Positions 13,028 to 25,483 of a stretch of DNA of 64,000 bases are shown here, in pieces (position 1 is the stretch's first letter; every line of letters begins with the position of its first letter). The position numbers and the translations under genes are program-made. The notes beneath the pieces were generated by a model. The model was not told the origin of the DNA. It made no database searches and saw only the letters and a program-made list of their open reading frames with translations. The DNA comes from Squalus acanthias (Eukaryota): contig CM059443.1 in assembly GCA_030390025.1 (NCBI GenBank), positions 19,902,001-19,966,000 on the forward strand, in the 5' to 3' direction.

Positions 13028-13140
13028 TGCAGAGGTTATGTCCCAGCCAGTTGTGAAATATGCGTTTTATTATTTCCATCAACCTCATACCCGGAAATAA
13101 AAAATCATATTTCACAGCAAGCTGTGACATTCTGTTTATA
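13028..13140. repeat. ~110 bp hairpin element (possible non-autonomous Crypton/Eulor-like repeat)
   Basis: Arms atgtcccagc..ttgtgaaatatg..ttatttcc pair with ggaaataa..catatttcacag..gctgtgacat around a ~15 nt loop. Confidence 0.6.
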
Positions 13141-13394
13141 GAACTCGCCTTTTGAAAAGCTTCTTTTAAATGAATGTTTTATTTTCTTTCTTGGCCGGAA
13201 AGAGCTGACGTACTTGCTGTAGGTGGGTGAGCCAGGTCAAGTCAGGTCAGGTCATCTTGGTTGAGCAGTAACGACTCTGGGATTTACACTGGGGAGGAGA
13301 TGTGAGACCTGGAAGGAAGGCATCATTGCTGGAAATGGTCATGTGAGGTTGTTTTTCTTTCCAAGTAAGTGTAGGGGGGCAGTCATTTTTCTCC

Positions 13395-13808
13395 ACCCCT
13401 TTTGACTCCTGAAGGTGGTGAGTCTTACCAAGCTGTGGTCCTATGGGCACCAGCAGCCCTCCAGTATGTCCCCAGGTGGCCAGTCTTCATTTTTAAGCTT
13501 AGGTAATGAGTGTGTGCAAGACATTTAACCATGGGTGGCATCAGAGTCAAGCTCAATCCTGTCTTCATCCAAGGTCCACGCATGCACACCTTCCAGCAGA
13601 GGTCATTGGGATAGTAATCAGAATAGAGAACGCTGTCTGATGTTTTTCTCCTCCCTATTCCAGGGTCTCCGTGAGGCCAGTTGTATCCACACTACTGCCA
13701 ATGCTCAGCTCAGACAACTTAAGCCAGACCAGCGATTAAAGCTGGCATCTGGACAGCTCAGTAATACAGCAGGCAGTGCCTGGAACCCCTAAGCTATCTG
13801 GGAAGACC
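13395..13808 (-). mobile_element. Decayed SINE of the same family as 28100-28555
   Basis: Reverse-complement similarity with 28100-28555 (gattgggcttagctgtgat / atcagagtcaagctcaatc; actcatt / aatgagt; ccttcaggag-like block). Confidence 0.55.
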
Positions 13809-14009
13809 CAGAGAGAGTACTTTCAATACGCTGTACTATCCCCTTCTAAGTAACAGGAAAAAAAAGAAAAAAATCTCCTACATCATGGAGATTTATGCTG
13901 TTTCAGTGGTATTTTCAATCCCCACAGAGATTTGGCATTTTGTGTCTCCAGACGAAGAGAGGCACTCAGCTGACATCAATTACAGGTATATCAGCAAGTG
14001 GCTCCACTA

Positions 14010-14445
14010 CAAAAGAAAGAACGGATTAGTATGTATGTGTGCCTTTCATGCCCCAGGATATCCCAATGTGCTTTACAGCCAATTAATCACTTTTAAAATG
14101 TAGTCACTGTTATTTAGAGAAATGCTGCAGCCAGTATGTACACAGCAAGGTCCCATAAATAGAAAATGAGATAAATTACTAATTAATCTGTTGTGTTGGT
14201 GTTGATTGAGGGACGAATATTGGCTTGGACACCAAGAGAGCTTCCTGTTCTTTGTGGAAAAAAACTGCCATGGGATCTTCTACGTCCAGCTGAAAGGCCT
14301 AAGTTCAGTAACTCATCTGAAAGACGGCACCTCCAACAATGTAGTACTTCCTCGGTGCCACACTGACGTGCTGGCCTAGATTGTATGCTTAAGTTCTGGA
14401 GTGGTACTATAACATACAACATTCTGACTCCAAAGTGAGAGTATT
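14010..14445 (-). mobile_element. DeuSINE (SacSINE1-like), near full length
   Basis: Deu-domain blocks tgccatgggatcttctacgtcca, catctgaaagacggcacctccaaca, plus an L2-type tail gcctttcatg..ctttacagccaat. Confidence 0.88.
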
Positions 14446-16074
14446 ATGCAGAAAACTAATCAGTGCATTTAAACACAGAAACTAAACACCGACTTTGGCG
14501 TTTTGTCCAGTGCTAAATGGAGGGGTCCTAGCTACAAAATATTTGAACCAGCCAGCAACTGTTATGCAATGAAAAGTGATGACTTACTCCATGTAAAAAT
14601 AGTACTTAATGATGAACAGCAATATATGGTTTCACAAGTCAAGGTTCTAGCAGGAATACCACATGGATGAAATAAATAGAATATGTCAACAGTGGTGTTG
14701 CACATGGGGAGCCAAGACCAAGTGAAGCCGGGTTAGAGGCCGAGGAAATTGGACCAGGGCACGCAGACAGAATTCAGACCCCATTTTAAAGTGATATATT
14801 CTGTCCTTATTTTTATATTTCCATTATAATGCCCTGTGTCCACATTTATAATGTCAACATGTCTTGCTGTAATTACCCCCTCCTAGCAGTGGTGACGCTG
14901 CAACTAAATGTGGACATACCAAATTACGATGGTAAAAGATAGTGCTTCATTCTTTCACTCATGCAAAAAGAATGTAATAATTAAAAGCAAAAAACCTCCA
15001 TCAAATATTGGATCTGTCAGTCTTCCAGGGCACAGAGCTTCATTGTTGATTGTTCCATATACCAGTGATGCAAGATGAAGATACCAGGATGTGGAGACAT
15101 CAAACTTTCCTGGTTTAAGGTCCAGATCAGACATTACATTAGATGAAGGCACTGTTTAGTTTTCCATCAAGAGATTTCAGCAAACATGAACTATTTAATA
15201 ACTTACACTGGCGCACATACAACTGTCTTGTTCAACATTATTATACATCATTTAGCTGTCAAAGTCATTATCCTAGACACAACATGCACTTATCCAAACA
15301 ACAATTTTTTCCTGGGCGTGTTTTGTCAGTTGAAATATATTTCACTGTACTAAGCTACAAATTTGGATCCTCCCCTCCACCGATTACCTTGTGCACGCTA
15401 TCAAAAGTCTGACTTCTAAAGAAAAATAGCATTTTACCTGTGAAAAGCAGAGATTGGGTGCTGGTGGAATGCTGCCATCACTTTTCACACAAACCATTTA
15501 TTGCAGTAACAATTGTTGCGGTGGGAAGGAAGCTATGTTTTAATCTACTGGTTTGAAATCTCTCCAAAGATGGATGCAGACCTGCAAAATAATGGCAGTT
15601 GGCTCATACTGTCAGTGTGGCATCTGCTTAGCATCAAAATATTATCGCTCAGATAAAATGCTGTGCAATCCTTTGCTAAACGTTGTCCCTCAGTAACTTT
15701 AATGTTTCTCAAAGTTAATACTGCAATCGCACAGCAACAGGATGACTGTCACAATGATACATTGTGAACTGGCCCAAGGAGAGAGTTCATCTTATGGAAT
15801 GTAGTATGTAAGTTAAGAAGGCTGTGGGATATATTTAACAAAAATTAAATTGCAATTCATTTTACTTTACATAAGAAGATAAGCATTTTAGAACAAAGAT
15901 TAGGCCTACTAAGCCCTTCCTTTTCTCAAAAATCAATCTCACCTTTATTGCCTGTTTTGCCCAACACCTTTATGCATAGTCAAGCCTTGGCAGCAGTTTC
16001 CACAGGCAAATTGAATAACTTATGAACTGAAATATGCATCTTTATTCACTGCCGTGTATGAATTGGCATGCCCA

Positions 16075-16530
16075 GGTTTAACATAAGGACATCGGCATGT
16101 ACTTGACCGGAAAAGACTATTTTAGTCCATTTGACAATGTCCCAGTGTCCTGGAAATATCACCTCTTACAACACCTGTCATAGCCCTCTATCAAATTTTT
16201 CGCCAGCTTTCTCTTGAATTTGCAGATGCAAGTTATCTTCCACCGCCTGCCTTGGAAATCCATTCCATACGTTAACCATCCTCTGTGTAAAACAGTTAAA
16301 TACAAACTGCCCTTGGACCTTCAGTTTGAGGCTATGTTCTCTTGTTGTTGAATCTTGCCTATACTCTTTAGGATCATGAATATTTCAATAAGATCACCTC
16401 TGAAATTTCTCTTCTCCATTGTAAACATTGCCAATTTCTGTAGTCTCTCGTGCTCAATTTGAGCTGTCGATTTAGTTGCCCTGTTCTGTACCCTCTCCAG
16501 TGCCAGAAGTCTCTCTTAATGGCCCAATTG
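16075..16530 (-). mobile_element. Old CR1 3' fragment
   Basis: Reverse complement reads LERVQNRATK, EKRNFRGDLIEIF, FTQRMVNVWNGFP. Confidence 0.7.
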
Positions 16531-17384
16531 CCTAAAAAGGTCTAAATCCTTTTGAAATTTGTTTGCCTTGTTCCTCATTATTTGACCTATTTTAATGGTA
16601 TCTACAAACTTTAAGATTTTTTTACTATTGACATTCCCCAAGTTAAAGACACTAGCAAGGATTAGTGTTGTGGCCAATTCATGTAGAGTTTGTGTTTGAG
16701 TAATGAACCCCCCGTTGTTCTGTACTTAGGAATGTACTTCTTTCATACATAACTAAATTTTGGAAAAACAGTTTTTGGTACTTATTTTTTTTCCCTAAAT
16801 GTATCAAGGCTATTGAATATATTTTTAGCATTGTTTATTAATGCAGCCACAAACCGTGCTGCAGCTCCCCGCGGGATTGCATGGGGCTGATTTTGTCTGA
16901 AAATGTGTGTGCACATACTCCGTTTGGAATTCTTCCACTGGTTATTTCAGGAAAATAAAAGTTGTCCAATGGAGTGACAAGCTCTTTCCAGTCACAAGAT
17001 GCCTTTCCCTCTGGATTGTGCCCAAGGTTGCATGAAGCCTGCCACCCAGCCAGATCCCACAACAATCACAGTTCATGGACCTATAGACTTAGCAGTTGGA
17101 TGGAAACCAACTGCATTAATTGTAGGCCAACATGGCTACAAAACACTTCTGTTATGTTAAAGTCACTGGTTTTGAGAGGCACATTGCTTTGTAGCTTACT
17201 CAATAATCTGAATCATCGCAATTATCATAGGTTGCCAATAAAAATGACCACATAAAGAAAACCATATGAGAAAGCCTGGAATAAACCTAAGGGGAGCTCC
17301 TTGTTTCTTGGTGTAATTTCTGAAGAGCTTTTTTTTCCCTTATGTAACCTTATCCTCAAATATTACATGCCCGTGTTTGTTTTT

Positions 17385-17880
17385 TTAATAATGGACGTGT
17401 GGGACAGACTCCCTGCAAAAGCAGTTGTTGCTCTATCAGTGAACTCCTTTTAAAAGAAAGAGTTGGGTAACATTTGGTTTTGACGAAAGGTCGTCGACCT
17501 GAAACGTTAACTCTGTTTCTCTCTTCACAGATGCTGCCTGACCTGCTGAGTATTGCCAGCATTTTCTGTTTTTATTTCAGATTTCCAACATCCACAGTAT
17601 TTTGCTTTTGTAATATTTGGTTGGGCATGGTTAAAGGCAAACGGTGCTTCCTGTCAGTAGTGGAGAGGTATCATCAGTGGAGGTCGGCAGGCCATGGGGT
17701 AAATAGATAGTTTGCCTGATTACTTTCAGAGATCAAGAGTATTGATCCAGAACTACCCTTGCGAGTTTAAATAGGTTGGGCACAGTTCGGGATAGGGTAG
17801 ATTGCATGTGATTCACAGAAAGACTGTACTTGTTGGGTTGAATGGCTTTTTCTCATTTCATGATTTCTTATGTTCTTGCA
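17385..17880 (+). mobile_element. Old CR1 3' fragment split by a Penelope-like insertion
   Basis: DVWDRLPAKAV..SVNSF lies before the insertion; the CR1 3' UTR gggttgaatggc..tttcttatgttctt lies at about 17835-17877. Confidence 0.6.
17480..17609 (+). mobile_element. Short Penelope-like (pseudo-LTR) element with hammerhead motif
   Basis: ttgacgaaaggtcgtcgacctgaaacgttaac..cagatgctgcctgacctgctgagtatt..tttgctttt. 13-bp TSD gtaa(c/t)atttggtt at 17467-17479 and 17610-17622. Confidence 0.85.
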
Positions 17881-18040
17881 TCACTTAATTTGTCTATCAA
17901 GATCTTTGACAGGCTACACACACATTCTCATCTGCAGTGATATAGTTCCATTAATAAGCACTGGAAATAATGGTCAAAAATTGTAGTTGGTGTTTACACT
18001 GAGATGTTTTTATTTATAGAAAACTTTACAACAAAATATT

Positions 18041-18606
18041 GGCCTTGAAGTTGCGGTCTCTGACGGCGTATGCTCAGTGTACGCCGCCGTAATCCATCTG
18101 AAAGGCCCCGCAACTTTCGGGTGAAATCCGTAACTTGCAATCTGTCAAGGTGTACAGACCTTGACAGATCATCTGAACCGACTGTAAAATCAGTATCGCT
18201 AGTGTAGAGTTGGGCTATCTGCCCAGCAATTGCCCACGAAACTCTTAACGGCTGGTAAAAGCAGGCGTAGGGCCTGCTTTCATCAGCGTAAGGGTATGTA
18301 TTATTTATTAGAATTCTGTAAATTGTATAATTATTTGGGGATTCCATTGCATATCATTAGGGGAGTCCCTTCATAAATGACTGCAATGGAATCCTCCTTT
18401 GTGATTGGAGGCCCGGACCCACGTGATCCCAGGGACGCTTCAGAACCACCTGCGTCCTTGGGATCCGTGGGCCTTTCCGCTGCCATACGACTGGAGGCCC
18501 GACACTGGAACGCTCCGCAGCCTGGACGCATGGAGGTAGGTGTGGAAATGTTTTGCGGGTCGGAGGCGTCCTCCGGAGGTACGCCTCCAACCGCAATTTC
18601 TAGCTC
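18041..18606. mobile_element. MITE, probably PIF/Harbinger-type
   Basis: 17-bp imperfect TIRs ggccttgaagttgcggt / accgcaatttctagctc, a 3-bp TSD ATT on both sides, and a CpG-rich interior. Confidence 0.8.
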
Positions 18607-18734
18607 ATTACATCAGAGAAGCCAATGTAGCAGAATATCTTATTTTTAAATGCCTGATTGGCTCTTGCTGAGTTTCTAATAATGAATCCATTGAGTTGTG
18701 AGATACTAAGAAAAAGAGATTGTTAAAGGAAGTA

Positions 18735-19376
18735 GGCCTTGAAATTCGATGGTACCACACCCACTTTTTGGTGCAAAACGGGCACCTAAGCATCCATATG
18801 GCAGGCGGGGGGCATGCGTTCATTATGTGTCGGATGTGCACCACCCGCCATATTGGTAATGGCAGAAAAAAGGGGCGTCCAGGGCAAGCACCTGAAACAG
18901 TCATTAGGTCCCATGCAAATGGAAATAACATCTGTTTGAGGTCCCCTTCGCAAAATTGGGTTGCCCTGAACGTGGCTGTATTCAGGAAAATGTGGTCTAC
19001 CTGTGGCCTAACCAGCGGCCCTTCCTTAAAGGGACCGTTGGAGGCCACCACCAAGAAGTTACGTTTGTTCAAAATACTTAATTGAATGTGGAGCTATGAG
19101 GTGCAGAAGGGCGAAGACTGTTGCCGGCCCCTTCTCAATCGTTTCCCTCCCTTTCCCAAGATGGACCTGACGGTGACACATCTGCTCGAAATTGAAATTG
19201 GCTTTGCCGGCAAGCAGCCTGAGGATGCCCAGCAGGCATCTGGAGCTCGCTGCTCTCGTGTAAATGAGGCCCAAGGCTCATTATTGGGTGTGACTCGGGC
19301 CTACCCGTTCCGGCACAGAGGTTGCTCCCTGCACCCAGTTCATGTTGGCAGACTAGCGCAAACCAATTTCTAGGCC
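18735..19376. mobile_element. MITE, probably PIF/Harbinger-type
   Basis: TIRs ggccttgaaatt / aatttctaggcc; flanks gta / gca (imperfect 3-bp TSD). Confidence 0.75.
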
Positions 19377-22300
19377 GCAGTCTTTTCTCTGACCTACAAT
19401 ATTACTTGGTGTTCTGATACCCTTGGGTAATCTCGTTCCAAGTTATTAGATTCTTTTTAATTTGAGAAATCACTGTGATGGGCCAAGGTCCAAAGTACAG
19501 GACACCATCAAGATTGAAAAGAGTAAAAGAGCAGACCAGGTAAATCAGGAAGTAGTGATTAGACTATATCCAGCTTGGGACCTAAAAATCTATAGATTGT
19601 AGGAGGAGTGAATCGGTAAAACAAGCTCGTTTTTAAAAAAAATAAAAATTATAGGAAGATGCAAAGATTGAGGGAGCTAAAGAGTTCTACAGTTTTGAGA
19701 AAGTGAAATAAAGGTGCTTAATTCTAATTGCTATGACTTTTATTAAAACTTCTCCCAATATTGGAGATTAGAGAGGTTATTTACTTCATTGGGTTGAGCA
19801 ATGTTTTTACAGAAATAACATGAAAAGTCCGAATGTTTTGCTAAGTTGCAAACATTCTATCATCCTTTAATTTAAATGTCAATGTAGAACTTTCATAAAT
19901 TACAACTTTTCATTTTGAATAAATAATGCCTCTAACTGGAACCCAGACCATATGTTTTGTTTTTGTAACTGAGCACACATTCTTGAATTGGACCCAGCAA
20001 AGAACAGCAAGCTACCTTAGAAGCCGCAACACAGTGCCTGGCTTAATCCCCTCTTAACTTATGTGTTGTTTCCAAATCAGGGCTCTGCCACGTTGGCATT
20101 TCCCTTGTGCTGTGAGCAAATGGTTGAGAGTCAGATTGCGCACCGAGGAGACGCTTTCTCTACGTTCTCTGTTGGAAATAGTTCAGGAAGCCTGTGGATG
20201 GGTCCATATAGCAGCAGCTGCTGCTTGTAGAGTCCCAGGCTATGGGCCAGAGGTACTTATTTTGCCAAGACTAGGGTTTTGAACTTTCCTTTTACTATAA
20301 ATAACCTTACATTAAATGGGGCCATCAGAGACATTGGAGTAGCTTTTCGATTGTTTCAATTTGTTTTGAAGTCAGGCTAACAAAATATGTGGACCATGAT
20401 ATTGGGCACATTTTTAAAGATACGTGAATCGTTGGGGAACACGATTGCATTGTGGACGCTCCTGCTAATCCATGAATAATCTAAAATTTCAGTTGAATGC
20501 CATTTGTTTCAGGTGCCAAAGCCACTCTTGCTTTGAAGCACTGTGCCAAGAGTTTCAAAGGGTCAAACGCCAGATTAAAGGCCTTTTAATGGACCACAGG
20601 ACTCACAGGGTGAAATGGCCCAAATCAAAGGCGTACGTTTTTCATGAACCAGGCAGTGATGCTGTTTCACTGGGCCAGGCTGTGGAGTGGCTGCACCAAC
20701 ACAAGAAACTGCATATGATAAAAATGTGTTTACCAAAAACACATTTTTTTGTGATCATCTAGATGTTCGAGCTTGGAAAGGAAGTTTTCTACTTTTTGAA
20801 CCCCATGAACATTCCCTGATTAGACAGTATTTCTGGACCATAACGTATCTGACTTTGATGATCATATTAAGAAAATATTTCCATGACAAATACGTTGAAC
20901 AATGGCTGGGTTTACACAGTGGCTGTTAAGTCAAAGGACATCTTATTCTACAATAGAAAATGACCTATGCAGTAACAGGCAAAGCAATCGCACTGTGTAC
21001 TGAACACCAGCTCATACCATACTGTGATAGGATATAGTTTTGTGGTAGGATACTGTCTTGATTCTACACTCTCCGACTTTCTGTTCTTAGTTGACACTGT
21101 TGCAGCGAGGAGGAGAGACACGCTCAGGAGTCTCCGCCACAAAAGGACCTCCACTCTTTTGCACCTCCTGGTGGATAGTCAAGAGCGGTCAAGAAACAGG
21201 CCAACTATTTTGCCTCCTTGGGCCCAGAATCTCTGTGGGTCTGGGGACCACTGGGGAATAAAGAGACTGCATGCCCTTACAGAAGGGTACGTACCATCAG
21301 GAGAAAAGTTATCTATTCTATAAAACTTGCATTTCATGGTTTCCATTTCTGCAAGTATGAGTGCATCTGAAAATCCAACATGAATTTGGCTCAAAGATGT
21401 GAAATGCGCGTATGTAAATTTTGGATGTACCCCACAAATTTCTGCAGAGTCGAATCACCACCTTGTGGCATAGTTAGATAATATGAACCTCACGATGGTA
21501 TCTGAAAAATAAGAATTGTCACATTTAATAGATGGTCTGTTAGTTCTTCCCATTTTCTTCTAATCTTCTGCATCACCCACAGCCTTCAGACCCAGGCTTT
21601 TTGTTGCTACCCTTTTAAATAGTCCTTTCATTGTGTTGACCTATCTATATTATATCTGCAACAATCACATCTCCAGCTTATATATCCCATTCGCACTGTT
21701 ACATTTTTGTATTTACTAAAATCTTAACTAAAAAGTGAAAAAAAGTTAAGAATATCTTCATACAGGGGTGCCATTTATTAAGAAGTTTATTCTAGCATAG
21801 GACGTTTCTGTAAAGATAAAAAAAAATTTAAAGCCTACAAAGACAAAATAACAGGAGTGCCACAAATGAAAATGCGATACAAGATTGCATTTTTAATGCT
21901 TTAAGATACATTTTAAAAATTGGATATATATTTATGTTGAATAAAATTGAGTTCCGTCTCTAAACAGTTAATTCTACCCACAGGTGGTCCATGATTCATG
22001 TTAGAAAATGAGTGCATTATAACAAGTTTCTGAAAACAACCAAGGCAACTTAGAAAGTAAGAAAGAGAAGGAGCAGTGTTATTATAAAGCATTTATTTAT
22101 ATTGTGAAGTACAAACTCGTTGCGTTCAGTACATGGAAGCAGTTTAACTTTCTCTAAATTGGTATCATAATGATCCAATATCGAAGCAGTTAAATGTACA
22201 AAAAAGTAGTATTGATCAGTTTTTACCCAGAGCAGCAGCTGTCAAGGTGAGGTAGAATGAAAATGTATATATGACGAATCTATTTAATTGTCTTTTGTTG

Positions 22301-22939
22301 AAATTGGTTTAAAACCATCCAAATAATTACAACAGTACCCATCGTAGTCTATGTTATGTTTTTGATTCTTTTCTTACTCTAGAATTTTTAGCTTTTGAAT
22401 TAGATCACTCTCACAGGTGTGTTCCAACTCCCTTTGTCTTCAAAAATGTCTTCACTAGCCTGATATTAGCTGTCAACCACATTCAAAAATAATTGGCTGT
22501 CACACACTTAAATTGAACAAATCAGACAGCCTGTGATTGTTCAAAGGTAGCTTGGCTCCTTTCACAAGCTTTGCAGACAATCAAATGAAACTTGAAACAT
22601 TTGTATTACATTCAGATAGGGACAAGATTCCAGATACAGCTGCCTTTTAAACATGTTATGTATTGTGACTGGATTTAAAGGGATAGTCACTAAGCAAAAA
22701 TTGGCAAAATAAAATCATTTCTGTCATAGTCTGCTTCTAATTTAGATTGTTCCTCAGTGTTAACATCGGCTGGCTCACCTACTGACCATACTGCACTATT
22801 CTAGATACAAGAGTTACAGCAGATCAATGTGATGACGTACGATAAATGCCTCTACTGAGGCTGATCAGTTAATTCAATGTGCAGGTTATGATATCCTCAC
22901 AAGTGGAGATTCTTATTAGACACCATGGCTGGTCATGTA

Positions 22940-24450
22940 TTAGAATCATAAAATCTTACAGCACAGAAGGCGGCCATTCAGATCATCGTGCCTTGCCAGC
23001 TCCCACTCCCCCTGCTCTTTCCATGTAGCGTTGAAAATTTTTCTTTTCTAGTATATATCCAGTTCCTTTTTGAAAGTTGCTATTCAATCTGCTTCCACCG
23101 CCCTCTCAGGCAATGCATTCCAGATCATAACAACTTGCTGCATGAAGAAATTTCTCCTCATCTTCCCTCTGGTTCTTTTGCCAATCACCTTAAATCTATG
23201 TCGTCTGGTTACCGACCATCCTGCCAGTGGAAACAGTTTCTCCTCGTTTACTCTTCAAAACCCCTCAAATTTTGAACGTCCAGCTATTCACAATATATAT
23301 TAATGATCTAGACGAGGGAACTAGATGTAATATCTCCAAGTTTGCAGACGACACAAAGCTGGGTGGGCGTGTGTGCTGTGAAAAGGATGCAGAGAAACTC
23401 CAGTATGATTTGGACAGGTTGGGTGATTGGGCAGATGCAGTATAATGTGGATAAATGCGAGGTTATCCACTTTGGTGGCAAAATCAGGAAGACAGATTAT
23501 TATCTGAACGGCAATAGATTGGGAAAAGGGGAAGTGCAACGAGACCTGGGTGTCCTTGTGCACCAGTCGCTGAAGGTAAGCATGCAGGTGCAGCAGGCGG
23601 TTAAGAAGGCAAATGGTATGTTGGCCTTCATAGCGAGAGGATTCGAGTACAGGAACAAGGATGTCTTGCTGCAGTTGTACAGGGCCTTGGTGAGACCACA
23701 CCTTGAGTATTGTGTGCAGTTTTGGTCGCCTTATCTGAGGAAGGATGTTCTTGCCATGGAGGGAGTGCAGCGAAGATTCACCAGACTGATACCTGGGATG
23801 GCAGGAATGACGTATGAAGAGAGATTGGGTTGATTAGGCTTATATTCGCTAGAGTTTAAAAGAATGAGAGGGGATCTCATTGAAACTTATAAAATTCTAA
23901 CAGGACTAGACAGACTAGATGCAGGAAGGATGTTCCCGATGGCGGGGGAGTCCAGAACCAGGGGTCACAGTCTAAGGATAAGGGGTAAGCCATTTAGGAC
24001 TGAGATGAGGAGGAAATTCTTCACCCAGAGAGTGGTGAACCTGTGGAATTCTCTACCACAGAAGGCAGTTGAGGCCAATTCATTAAATATATTCAAGAAG
24101 GAGTTAGATATATTTCTTAAGGCTAAAGGGATCAAGGGATATGGGGAGAAAGCAGGGACAGGGTACTGAATTTGGATGATCAGCCATGATCTCATTAAAT
24201 GGCGGAGCAGGCTCGAGGGGCCGAATGGCCTACTCCTGCTCCTATCTTCTATGTTTCTCTGTTAAATCTCTCCTTAATCTTCTCTGCTCTAAGGAGAACA
24301 ATCCCAGCTTCTCTAAACTTTCCACATAACTGAAGTCCCTCACTCCTGTTATAATTCTGGTAAATCTCCACTGCTCCCTCGCCAAGGCCTTGACCTCCTT
24401 CCTAAAGTGTGGTGCTAAAAATTGGACACAATACTCCAGCTGGGACCGAA
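22940..24450 (-). mobile_element. Older CR1 3' fragment (22940-23277 and ~24257-24450) interrupted by an opposite-strand CR1
   Basis: tagaatcata-type tail at the left. The sequence is continuous across the insertion (..aattttgaac | ctctgttaaatctctcc..). The right piece encodes VRSQLEYCVQFLAPHFRKEVKAL..LEKLGLFSLEQRRLRRDL. Confidence 0.88.
23278..24258 (+). mobile_element. Younger 5'-truncated CR1 LINE
   Basis: ORFs 23227-23445, 23342-23833 and 23864-24169 give QLFTIYINDLD, KFADDTKL, LVRPHLEYCVQFWSPY, RVVNLWNSLPQ. The 3' UTR ends cctactcctgctcctatcttctatgtttct. Confidence 0.97.
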
Positions 24451-24530
24451 CCTCTGTAGTAAACGTTAAACAGGAAAAATAACATTTTAATAAGTCATTT
24501 ATAGTCCCAGAAAAGCATTTGAAACACATT

Positions 24531-25483
24531 GGCTGCGATTTTCCCTACCGTGGCGGGCGACGTCGGTGGCGGGTCCCGTCCCCGCTCCTGTCTCCATCCC
24601 GGCTCTGACATGACTTTCCCCTGATTGGGCTTGTTAAGCCCACCCAGCAAGTTTCCTGGCCAATTGAAGGAAGCGGGTCTGATGACGTCATTTGATGACG
24701 CGTCATCAGCCGGTTTCCTTAAAGGGACCATGCGCAAATTTACTTTGACATTTGTGCTATCAGTGTTCTACAGCATTAAGGTGCTGCAAACACTGAGAAG
24801 CACTGCATATGCTTATGGAGGGAGTCACAGCACACATGGAGGTTCTCTTCCCTTCCAATGGGTGGAAGACACCTCCCCAGGAGATCAACACATTGCACAG
24901 GAGGGCACAAGCAGGGATGTCGTCAGGAAGACCAGGCTGCAGTGGCATAAACCTTTCAATGATCTCAGTAGATCACGAAACGTTACTGCAAAGCCACACT
25001 CAACCTCATCCTGCTGTGCCACTCATCACATCCCCATCACTCGGCCTTCCCTACCTTACTCCTGCACATCCTTACTCACACCAACTTACCTTGCACCGCC
25101 ACCCATCCCTCTCTATCTATATTATCACTTCCCCATCTCACTAGCCACCCCTCACACTCACCCTCATCCTAGTCCAATCATATCAACTAACAACACACAA
25201 GGGTAGGCACTTATGTGTTTTAGCCAATGTTCATGTGAAGTTTCTGTTAGTGTGCTTTCACACATTGAAATCTTTATTTTCAACACTTTGCGTTCTTGGA
25301 CAGATTCGTGTGCACCTTTGGAAGTGGCTTAGTGAGTTGCAGTGAATGGTGAGACATACCCGACATCGGGAAATGCAGGTGTGCGTGTTTTGACAGTGGG
25401 TTCCTGACCGGTTGTCAATCGTTTTAAATTTCACAGCTGACCCCCCACCATCCCGTTCGCTGAGCGCCGACAAAATCACAGCC
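24531..25483 (+). mobile_element. Non-autonomous PIF/Harbinger derivative with degraded Myb/SANT-like ORF
   Basis: TIRs ggctgcgatttt / aaaatcacagcc and TSD ATT. Internal frames MLMEGVTAHMEVLFPSNG.. and ..HIAQEGTSRDVVRKTRLQWHKPFNDLSRS resemble the Myb_DNA-bind_5-type domain of Harbinger ORF2. Confidence 0.8.

Noticed and set aside
13928-13991. Short + strand exon between two SINEs
   Set aside because: Weak donor (gtatat), an unrecognised peptide and no partner exons.
18357-19373. Cluster of overlapping 70-150 aa ORFs
   Set aside because: Explained by GC-rich MITE interiors with few stop codons; no domain motifs.
20081-21286. Three + strand AG..GT-bounded open segments (20081-20252, 20513-20632, 21091-21286) as exons of one protein-coding gene
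   Set aside because: Their open frames have incompatible splice phases, the donors are weak, and I do not recognise the peptides.
24625-25206. 193-aa ORF as an intact gene
   Set aside because: Only a short part matches the Myb-like pattern, the rest of the domain is in another frame, and the C-terminus is C-rich low complexity.
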